From Thalia democratica (lineage: Eukaryota), in the NCBI GenBank assembly GCA_965202585.1, contig OZ241826.1:88846001-88910000 (forward strand): a stretch of 64,000 nucleotides of DNA, written 5' to 3'. The position numbers and the translations under genes are program-made. Shown one piece after another: positions 42,401-50,707 of this stretch; within the stretch, counting starts at the first letter, position 1; each line of letters starts with the position of its first letter. The notes under the pieces are model-generated. The model did no database searches. It was given only the letters and a program-made list of their open reading frames with translations, and had not been told where the DNA came from.

Positions 42401-45400
42401 TTGCTAATATTTACTGTGAAAACTTTAAATCACCTACTGAACAAGTTAGCTTCATTATGTTTCAATATAAATTTCAGTAAAAGTACATGTTCAACAACTT
42501 TATTACAATCTTATACTAAATTTAAAAAATCTTCAAATTTGTTTTAAGTCTTACACGACTTCTATAATGTAGTTTCTAAAGAGTTCATAATATTTTTTTC
42601 TAGACACACGTCACTTACTTGTTCGATGACGTAATGAAGCAAGTTTCACGTGACGAATCGGTTGTCATTGGTGACACGTGCGTTCTGCTGCCCCCTGATG
42701 GACTCCCTAGTGACGGTCAGTTGACCTGAAAACGAGTTTGAGTTTTTTAAATTAAATATAAAATGGGAAAGTAATTAATCTACTTGGTAAAAAGTGTTTA
42801 TATATTTTTTTTCAACTTTACTAAAATGATCGTATTTCACAAACAAAAGTATATGCTCGACACAATTATTTTATATATTAGTAGTTTTGTTTTAATAACT
42901 CTACAAAGTTACTTAATTATATTATATTAACCAACAGAACTTGTATCTTGGCTGGAAACATCTTTATCCGATGACTGTTTTGATGAAGTCATTGGTAAAG
43001 ATGCTTTGAGTCATTTCATAAAAAATCGTTCTGAATACCTGATAGACTTATTTGGCAGGCTCGGTGAAGAAACATTAATCAGTTAGTTTATTACTTTGCT
43101 GTATTGAGTAAATTGCTTTAACTGTTTTTGTTACATTAGCAAAACAAAGCGTTTTTATTCGTTTACCTAAAGTTAAGACGACTTCAATTTCAAATTTAAA
43201 CTAAAACATCTTCGTATATTTTTTTTACAAACAGCTTATTTGAATACAGTTATATACTTTAGTCATTCAATTTATAAGTTGAGTAATTTTTATTTTATTG
43301 TTTTTCGAACAATCTTTTAGTGTCGGAGGAACTAAATAAAGATGCTACGCGCGATGATTCGCTTCAGTGGGCAATTGACACGTGCAACGAAAAATTCCCG
43401 CCATTTTTGAACGTCGATGAAAATCACGTGATTAAAAACTATAGTTTTGTTTACCATGCGCCTTCAGAAATAAGTGTGGACTCACATGCGAAACTTGAAA
43501 GAAAAGTTCCCCATTTACCTGAATCAATAGGGTTTGTTGTTTAAAATTAGTAGTTACCCATAAAAAGTTTCAAAAAACTTTAATTAATGAATATTTAAAC
43601 AATCGAAATTAGACCTTTTAAGCCAGCTTAACTTCTTGTTTTACAAGACAACCAATACTTTATGTGAAAAAAAATGTAGTTTTTTATTTAATTTGCTAGT
43701 GTCAAAATTGCATACGTCCTAATCCAACTATTGTTAGTATTTAAGCTGTTTAGTATATTTAAAGTTACTTTTTCTATACTATAACATCTAAACTTGTTTG
43801 CTTGCTTAAAAACATCTATTTGACAGACTACATGTAGCAGAGGCTTTTAGGTCTATATACTTACCAAATAACACTTTACCATTAATATTTAAACAAAACA
43901 TTTTATTAGGTTTGTTCTCCATCAAGAATGTACGGCGTACAATGAATTAATGCGTAAGTGTAGAAACAGTATAAACAAAATCTCATCTTCTAAAGCAAAT
44001 CAAAGCGAAGCAGCAAATATGTTGAGAAATAATTTTGTACCAAAAGAGTGGTTAGTTTGGTTTTTTTAGTATAACATTTCTTCCATGTTTAACATTGCAC
44101 TAAAATATTACATTTTTGTAAATTAAGGTTATTAAGTTAAATTTTGATTAAATGATTTAATTATCATATATCTTTATGCAACTTTTTACGAACAAATTTT
44201 AGGCTGGTGAATCAAGACAAAATGACTCTCTTAAATGAATGGTTAACAGAAATAAATTATAAGTATTTACAACGACAAAAATGGATCAATCAAGGAATGG
44301 TTCCAACGAATAATCACAATCCAGTTGTCAGTTTTATGATGTTACTTTTAATAACTTAAATTATTTGTTTTACACCTTAGACCCCGATTATAAGATTTTT
44401 TATCCAATTGCGACTGCTTGTAAACTTAACTTATATTTAAAGAATTAATTCTACTCAAACAAAAAAACTTTCAACTAATTTACAGGGTGTTCTACAACAA
44501 TTAGATTTAGGATCTCTATTCAATCCTGGTGCTATGATAATTGCGTTGTGCCAAGAAAAAGCTGTTTTACACGAAGTTCATATTGAACAGGTATGTTTTA
44601 GTTTATATAAAATCGAGATTCATTAATTATTGTTTTGTAAAAATTGATTTAAAATTATTAAATCTAGTTTTACAAAGGTTATTTCAACAGCGATACTATA
44701 AATCTGAATTATTAAACTGAGTATATTTTTGTTTAGTCGAATACAGAGATATTAATTTGGTCTTTAAATTATCTTATACTTAGGCAGTATCGAATTACCA
44801 AGTTCTACATTTTTTTTAAGTTTTCAAATAGCTACTAGCTCTTACTTTCTAAACTTTATTGAAAACAACAGCGTAACTTTCAACAGATAACAATAAGAGG
44901 TCACATATCAAACGTTGCAGACGACCATCCTGACTACGAAGCAGGAATTAGTGTGAAAAATTGCTATTTAAACAGAGCGGAATGGAACCATGCAGAAAGT
45001 AATTTTGTTTATATGTATGATATTACATAAAAGTTTAAATCTTTTGAAAAACTACTTTTAACAATTACTTTTTATTAAAAATTTATTTACTACAAATGAA
45101 GAAGTATAAGTTTAGTATGTATTACGAATAGTAAAATAAGTTAGTGTATATAGTTATTAAGCCAAAATGTATTACAGATTTACTAGAAACAAACGCTAGT
45201 GCAGTTGAACATGAAATCAGTTTGTATATTTATCCATTTTACAAGCAAGAAGATGATACACAAAACACAAACGTTGTCAATATTCCACTATTTGTCAACA
45301 AGGTTAATATTTTGTTTTTCTTTTCTAAACTTAGCTCGTAGCTCGAAACAAATGGTGTTTTACGTACTTTTTGTGGTACTCTACAAAAAAAAAAGATTAC

Positions 45401-46962
45401 TTAAAGCCAGGTGTTAGTAACTCCATAAACTCATTAAGTAGTTTTAAAATGTTTTAAACTGTTTAAAAACTATTTATTGAGTTTACTAAATAATGGTTAT
45501 ATCGCTACATTTTCACGATCAAAGGTTTTAACGACAAATAACATAAAACAAATTTTTAGACCAAAAACAATTTGATTTGCTACGTTGAACTTCCCATGCT
45601 TAAGTCAAAACAAAATGTTTCTTACTTGAGGGGAATCCCAGTCGCTACGAACGCGTACCTGACTCTGAAACAACTCTGTGACGTCACTGTAGATAACAAC
45701 CAATCGGAGACAGTAAGCGATGATTGCCAATTGATGAGAAACGTTAACTCGAGAGTTCGATTCAGTCTTGCCGTGGAATCAGCTAAAAATCTCAATGAAC
45801 TGGGTCAGTTTTCTGTTTGTAGCTATAAATCAGATGTTGCACTTTTAAAACGAGCAATGCGTGACCAAAACCGGTACATTTATTTTTTGTTTCAAAGTAA
45901 CTATAGAACTATAACTTTTTTTATTAAAAAAAACTTGTTTTACATTTATTTTGTAACCTACCAAAACAGCTTGTTTAAATTCAAAAGTAGCTAAACTTGT
46001 TTTTCTTTTAATTTCAGAAGAGAAGTCGTTTGAAAAAGTCGTAAGCAAAGAAAACCTGGAAGACAAATTGCTTGATTCAGAGAGTGAACAAAGTGAATCG
46101 GAAACAAGCAGAAGTTCAAACTTTGTAGAACAAGAAACTCAAAGTGTAGATGAAGCAGGTGACGGTGGAGAAGTCGAAGCCGATCCTTCAACAGACCAAG
46201 TCGAAACGAAACCTGTTGGAGGTGAAAGCGAACCAACGATGGAGTTGAACGCCGCAGTGAAAGAAGAAGACGATGAAAACGCAATCTCGTCGAAATCTAA
46301 TGACAGCTCAGAAAATTCGGATTCAAGTTCGAACGAATCAACAAACGAAAAATCACAATCAAATAGATCACAACAAAATAAGCCTTTTAATCTCAACAAA
46401 GACAACAAATCTAGCTCAAATGAGAGATCGCCAAGCTGTGAAAGTTTTGATGAAATTGAAAAAGAATTCGACGATAAGATGAACACATACTCATTAGTGA
46501 AAAACAACGCACAAACTGATGTAAGATTATATACTAATTTTAATGTATGAATTTTTTATATGACGTATTATTTTTCAGAGTTCAGGAACATTTTTGAAAG
46601 AAATACTTAAGACTTCAAGCGAAGAGGATAGGTTATTTTTATTTAATTTCAGTAAATTTTAGCCTATAGTTCATATATTTGATTTATCAATCATATTAGT
46701 TGCCGTTAATGTTCATTGTAGTCAATTATATCTTATAATATAGATATACTTATAACATTAATCTTTCACCTTAACATTACTATTTATATTGGTTTTTAGG
46801 TTATGTAGTGTAGTATTTTAATGATAAAAAAGTAAATATAATAGCATCTTTAAAATTGTTTTTCTAAACAAAAGTTTGTTATTTTTAAAATCTTAATGAC
46901 TATGGATTTCTACTCTTTTGAAAACTGTATTTATTTAAATTAACAGGAACTCAGATGAATGA
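482..46962 (+). CDS. Divergent axonemal-type dynein heavy chain (5'-partial; ~97 exons; ~5,120 codons in window), predicted ATPase-degenerate
   Basis: Manually phased GT-AG exons give one uninterrupted frame (15,363 nt, ending ...RNSDE-TGA): 482-636, 1032-1132, 1563-1751, 2446-2549, 3001-3126, 3509-3680, 4528-4721, 5038-5243, 5831-6011, 6862-7049, 7740-7860, 11402-11569, 12093-12264, 12651-12808, 12925-13071, 13155-13310, 13471-13604, 13932-14075, 14342-14585, 14820-14879, 15088-15242, 15332-15488, 15863-16054, 16363-16572, 16786-16918, 17096-17230, 17461-17608, 18074-18236, 18510-18666, 19009-19134, 19431-19599, 19962-20178, 20589-20792, 20956-21078, 21285-21407, 21720-21835, 22028-22092, 22173-22225, 22379-22534, 22781-22899, 23274-23464, 23745-24009, 24118-24278, 24538-24706, 24969-25143, 25424-25573, 26158-26277, 27275-27397, 27598-27817, 28004-28470, 28633-28927, 29142-29349, 29434-29488, 29696-29905, 30195-30352, 30558-30633, 30689-30845, 31148-31304, 31841-32049, 32457-32667, 33035-33218, 33416-33493, 33772-33918, 34182-34373, 34715-34805, 34983-35087, 35337-35546, 35992-36213, 36472-36632, 36764-36847, 37067-37232, 37485-37629, 37912-38014, 38071-38277, 38443-38583, 38791-38905, 39198-39324, 39730-40024, 40355-40507, 40692-40813, 41076-41198, 41374-41530, 41622-41693, 42026-42206, 42371-42444, 42604-42715, 42938-43081, 43321-43531, 43910-44050, 44203-44326, 44486-44590, 44887-44998, 45178-45302, 45560-45803, 46018-46520, 46579-46631, 46947-46962. 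Dynein hallmarks occur in the correct order: tail (LPLP..., HVSDWTKQI, NPTLRRRHW, RRRFPLFYFLSNEDVL), FQYGFDYQG, GNLFKGL, EWKDGVL, GPPGSGKS, KKLVCFVDD, LLWKHECEWVY, MTBD (VTWKKGAKRIMANIDRFL), FGLCFCHS, VLHQEC, LGSLFNP. A few donor choices are ambiguous by 3-6 nt. Confidence 0.93.
3781..4383. mobile_element. Partial non-autonomous DNA transposon ending ...CCCCTATGCCC-TTAA
   Basis: Intronic block of distinct composition with the CATATCTCAAAAA motif (also at 61232-61245 and 61368-61383) and a TTAA-flanked right end. Matching left end not found; left boundary approximate. Confidence 0.45.
7142..7335. mobile_element. hAT (Charlie-like) MITE, CAGGGTTTCCCAAACT family
   Basis: Termini CATAGTTTCCCAAACT ... 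AGTTAGGAAAACCCTG; flanks GTCTGGAA/GTTTAGAA (6/8 TSD); internal similarity to 8677-8911. Confidence 0.75.
8540..9009. mobile_element. Outer hAT MITE (reverse orientation) interrupted by a copy of the same family
   Basis: CAGGGTTTTCCAA ... GAAACCCTG; flanks TTTTAGAC/TCCTAGAC. Segments 8540-8676 and 8920-9009 are reverse complements of parts of the inner element. Confidence 0.75.
8677..8911. mobile_element. Inner hAT MITE with perfect 8-bp TSD
   Basis: CAGCTTTTACCAAAGT ... AGTTTGGGAAACCCTG flanked by GTCTAGTG at 8669-8676 and 8912-8919. Confidence 0.85.
10096..10147 (+). ncRNA. Minimal type I hammerhead ribozyme motif (Penelope-like/retrozyme type), one core A missing
   Basis: CCTGC-CTGATGA-GTCC-TAAAAA-GGAT-GAA-CCGG-TC-GTAGG: stem I CCTGC/GTAGG, core CUGAUGA at 10108-10114, stem II GTCC/GGAT, palindromic ACCGGT stem III, predicted cut after C10137. 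Confidence 0.75.
11766..11997. mobile_element. MITE with internally repetitive terminal inverted repeats
   Basis: Left arm GATCAAAATCCAGCCGATCAAAATCCAT, right arm GTGGATTTTGATCGGGTGGATTTTGATAG (~15-nt units, about three per arm) around an AT-rich core. Confidence 0.7.
15332..21407 (+). other. Dynein N-terminal region 2 / linker (DHC_N2-like)
   Basis: APERWSSLK, KSLWKY...W...W, KTWDVF...NPTLRRRHW, ELKIENLLKNVEEKW, VQRKWVKLDDVY, EIRTALPKEANVF, CEEALLSNMDKHRRRFPLFYFLS, VSLWLSKLQ. Confidence 0.85.
22781..25143 (+). other. AAA1 module with degenerate Walker A and Walker B
   Basis: Flanks align with canonical AAA1 (FQYGFDYQG; GNLFKGL; HLPKEFLDTFR; QGFTNAKQIS). Walker A position reads SSKLNGRS (23356-23379; canonical GPAGTGKT). 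Walker B reads WLQLSGVDK (23783-23809; canonical WGCFDEFNR). Confidence 0.85.
26158..28470 (+). other. AAA2 module, P-loop retained
   Basis: ALLVGGPQSGKSS (P-loop 26191-26214), EWKDGVL, PNNEKVQLPASMRVVWE; canonical TPATVSR reads NPGFISE (27778-27795). Confidence 0.85.
26801..26849 (+). ncRNA. Minimal type I hammerhead ribozyme motif (Penelope-like/retrozyme type)
   Basis: GTA-ACTGA-CTGATGA-GTCC-TAATAA-GGAT-GAAA-CCGA-TC-TCAGT-C-TAC: stem I ACTGA/TCAGT, core at 26810-26816, GAAA at 26831-26834, predicted cut after C26840. Confidence 0.8.
28633..29905 (+). other. AAA3 module, P-loop and Walker B retained
   Basis: HVVGPPGSGKSSLI (P-loop 28687-28710), KKLVCFVDDV, ELIRQH, YFFSLHDL, LLWKHECEWVY. 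Confidence 0.9.
30558..32667 (+). other. AAA4 module with degenerate P-loop
   Basis: EYNNEN...MMFYDVTIDTVCRL...HALLLGNGTPVHA (30803-30826; canonical GVGGSGKQ); NESAWNMFVEKV; LPNLFNRMQTINFGDW. Confidence 0.8.
33035..36213 (+). other. Stalk coiled coil and microtubule-binding domain
   Basis: CC1 (KFVENFVKIY...EELVLEE), MTBD (EPCPEVEELLACVILIL...DVTWKKGAKRIMANIDRFLNQLSKFDE...NLFEWV...RVRPLK), CC2 (LEMRLAELEVTFESATVDK). Confidence 0.85.
36764..45669 (+). other. AAA5, AAA6 and C-terminal domain (divergent)
   Basis: QLVIDK, FRLTLKT...FHPE, GYQPIAFKGSMLY, KLLLIKIMKPERL, SWILINHV, FGLCFCHSVL, VLHQECTAYNELM, NFVPKEW, LDLGSLFNPG, NRAEWN, NIPLFVNK. Confidence 0.8.
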
Positions 46963-47174
46963 AATGAAAACAAAATTAAAAGCTGTGACTAAGTTACTTT
47001 TAAACAATTATTTAAAATTACACTTTTGATTTCAAGCTACCTAAAAATAGCTACCTTTTTTAATTATGATGTAAGTTTGCGTCTATGTTTATTTTAATTT
47101 ACAATGATTTCAATTTTTTTTTCTACTTCTTTTTTGTTAATCTTACCAGAATGTTTTATTGACATTTATTTAAG

Positions 47175-47180
47175 AATAAA
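47175..47180 (+). promoter_or_regulatory. Candidate polyadenylation signal of the dynein gene
   Basis: AATAAA about 210 nt after the stop codon. Weak evidence in such AT-rich DNA. Confidence 0.25.
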
Positions 47181-48468
47181 AAATTATCACTAACCTTTAA
47201 AAAAATTAACTATTCTATTATTTTTAGATCATTATCTTTAACGCTACCTACTTTGTTATGAATACTTTACCTTTTACTACTTGTTTTCATAATTTTTAGT
47301 TTTAACCTAAATATCTTAAGCTTTTATTTTTTTAAACAACTTAATTATTTTCATTTTTAGCCTAATCTATAATTTCTAAAAAACTTTTAATTTTAGAGGA
47401 TAAATATATTTTGAAATTTTGTAGAGAAAATTGTTCATATTTATTCTTCAACTACTGTTTGCCATTTAGATTATGAAATAAACTTGACTTTTTTTTACAT
47501 TTGGATAGTTAACAAATTTTAAACTAGTATAAATACTTTCTGAAGCTGTATTGATAAATGTTTATAAAAGACTTATTTATAACTTATGTTAAGCACGCAA
47601 ATTTTTTCAAAGTTTTATTTTACAAGTGTTTATTTAACTATTACCAATTTACAAAATGTAACATAATCAAGTAGAAGTATAATACTACACTAAACTATAT
47701 AAAAATAAAATGTAATTTTGAAGTGTGTATTTGAAAAAAAGAACCGGCCCTAACGTAGTTTTAATAACAGATATAGCTGAGATTTGTTAATAAAAAAACT
47801 ACTAAGGTCTAGTTGGCCACTATGGCTATAAGCTTTTAATGCTTGTATTATATAAATTCGTTTTTTCTTGATTACAAATATTTCTATTTTCACTTTAAAA
47901 TAAGCTAATATAACTTCGCTCAATTTAAAAGATTTCAAAGAGCTTCAGCTAACCAATTCAGTGGTTTAACAAGTTTGCTGACTGACATCTGTAAGTGATG
48001 ATTACCCAGCAGTAATAGTATTTTAAACCGTTTATAGTTTTGCAATAAACTTAAGTCACTGAATCGTTTACTTGATGATAATCATTTTGTAAAGTAAGTC
48101 GTAAACGTTATGACGCAGTAGTAATTTTGTTACCAGAGTAAGCCTGAAAAACACCAAAAATAATTTCTAAGTTTTTTGTGATTTTATAAAACAAAAACTT
48201 TAAAAACTATTTTACTGAAATAAGTGGTTTTTGGTTTATGTTTACGCGCTTTACCTTAAAATGAAACAGTAAGAGCATTTTAAAACTTTATTTTAACAAG
48301 TTTTTTTCTATTGAAATGCTGATATGCTTAAACATAGTTTAAAAGTTTTCTAGTTTCAAGAAACTTTAAATTGACTGTGTTTGTTTGTAAAAGATCTTTT
48401 TTTCAATAATCATTTATTTACTATAAAATTAAAAATTGCGGAACAAAAACTTTTGATTTGATTTTGTA

Positions 48469-50707
48469 TTAATCGTCAACTTTTAACCAACTTTTTGTCA
48501 TTAAATCTGTGTGGCTAAGTGTTCCGTACACAATTTCATTAAAAACGGAAGACACAAACTTTGCAAAGTCAGCAGATCCAATAGACGTTTTTACAACTAA
48601 CGGATCGGGAGTAATTTCATTGAGAACTTCTCTGTCATTTTCAAACATCCTTTTACCTTCTACCAAGAAGTATATAGATTGTACCAATGCCCACACATCA
48701 GCTAGCTTGTAGGAAGACTTCCAGATCAATCCTGGCGATCTAAATCCTTCAGTTCCACACAGTACTTTCCAACTGTCATTACGCTATAATATTTATAGCT
48801 TGTTAAAGCGTAAATGGATTGAAAAAAAAAGCACTCAAAGTATTTAGTCCTAAAACCTGATTCACGAAAAAACTTTTCGGTTATAGAGTCGCACACCGTT
48901 TGGATACTTTTTAACATCTTGTCAAGGATTAAAATTAAAAAGTAAAGTTTTTTCATACAGTATGGATAACTTTAGTTTGTTGTATAGTTTTCTTTTTGTT
49001 TTACTTTAATATAAACAAATTAAATAAGCAGGATATTTAAAATAAAACTGTTAACATTAAAACTAAAAAATTTTAAAAAGGATGATTTTTTGAATTTAAT
49101 AAATAGAGATTTTTCGTAAAATAAAGTTGCTTGAAAGTTTATTGACAGATTGAAAAAAAAAATTGATAAAACTTAATATACTTAAAGTTGTTTTTTTTTT
49201 GACATTTGTAGTGTGACATTTACAAGTGACATAAATCAAATTTGTAAGCTAAATTATTTTTAAAGATTAACAAAATTTAAGTTATAGTTTTTATTTTGTA
49301 AGCTTTAAGTATATTTAAATGTCCTTTGCTGAAAAAAATACTAAGCAAAATTATAACATGCCAAAATATAAAAAACAAAACTTACTGATTTTTTACAATA
49401 AGAATGACCGAAATCAATAATCTTAAAATCAATCCCCTCATCTGTTGTTTTCATCATTAAATTTTCAGCTTTTATGTCTAAATGATAAACCCCTTTTTTG
49501 TTTAAACGACGAATGACTTCATAGACCTTAAAGTTAAGGTTAAATTGTTTGAAAAGTAACACAAAGCATCACGTAAGTATAAACTATATCAATAAAAATT
49601 AAAAAGTTCTAAAACATGTTTTAGCAGAAAAACTTGATAGTACTTCAGTTAAACTAGTGTTGGCTAGAATCACTAATAGTAATGAATATTTAGCATATTT
49701 TAAAAGTATAAAACAGATGAAAAGTTGCTAAACTATGTTAAAACTCATAGACATACCTTTTTGAATAGCTTCCTAACAACATCTTCTGTAAACATGACAT
49801 ACTCTTTGATATAGTAAAACATTTCTTTATAATCTTCTTTAATGTATTCCATTACCATGACAAAGTATTCATCATACACATACCAGTCTAAAAGCTTGAC
49901 TATTTCTAAAAAAAAGTATCAAAACTACTTACTATGTTTAAACTAGATAATTGCTAAAAGTTAAATAATGAACTTACTACAAAAAAAAAACGATCGAGGG
50001 ATAACATTATGTGCATAAGTTTAAGTTAGTAAAAGTAAACTGTTAAATAGTTTTTATTGAATTTTCTAATAACAAGCTTTGAACATAATCTTGTTAACAA
50101 GGATATTTTTTAATAATTATTTTTATCAACTTAATTAATTAGAACATTGTTTTGTAAATACTCTGTACTTTAATATGAACATAAAAACCGACTCACTATC
50201 TTTATGCGCTGTTTTCTTAACAGCCTTCATAGCTAATCTGTGTGCTTTAACTTCATTTGGTGTTCCTCTTTCGTACATAGCATCAAACCTACTGTGTTTT
50301 ATCGCCACTGTTTTGTTCGTGCGTATATTTCTTCCTAAAAATTGTTAAACTATCAATAAAGCTTTTCATGTTTTATTTATACCAACTGATATGTGTTTAA
50401 ACGAAATTTAACAAGAACTTTATTCACTGACAATCATCTTAAACTAACGTAAGCAATATTTTAAACTAAATAAAAATTAATAACATGTCCAATTAATAAT
50501 ATATTAACTTAGTAATTCATATATAATACAAGAAAACATTTATTTACCTTTAAAAACTACTCCATAGCCACCGGAAGCAATACAACTTTCTATTTCATAT
50601 TTTTTAAGGAATTTTCTACCAGAGCTGTATTTTTTAATAAGGTTATTGTCACTTATGCTAAACTTATACCCTCTGTAGTTGAAAAAACGAAAAAAACTGT
50701 TCTCCAT
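48469..50707 (-). CDS. PIM-like (CAMK-group) Ser/Thr protein kinase, 5 exons, ~300 aa
   Basis: Exons 50707-50548, 50334-50197, 49905-49757, 49526-49386, 48783-48469 phase correctly (903 nt). Motifs: IASGGYGVVFK, VAIK, PNEVKAH, IVKLLDWYVY...VMVMEY, VYHLDIKAEN, IIDFG, CGTEGFRSPG, DVWAL, TKSWL. PIM resemblance (LLDW, PNEV-type alphaC) is from family knowledge. Confidence 0.85.

Noticed and set aside
45991-46507. Long minus-strand ORFs (97 aa and 122 aa) and the +69-aa ORF at 46273
   Set aside because: Antisense or off-frame shadows of the low-complexity 503-nt dynein exon.
47929-47985. Minus-strand mini exon/ORF MSVSKLVKPLNWLAEAL* after TTACAG
   Set aside because: The kinase already ends properly at 48469 and no phase-compatible upstream donor was established.
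47995-48061. Possible C/D box snoRNA (GTGATGA ... CTGA)
   Set aside because: Weak terminal stem, no convincing rRNA-complementary guide, and not in an intron.
48857-48917. Possible extra kinase exon (MLKSIQTVCDSITEKFFRES)
   Set aside because: At 61 nt it shifts the frame away from the GTEGFRSP/DVW segment; direct exon 4 to exon 5 splicing gives normal DFG-to-GT spacing.
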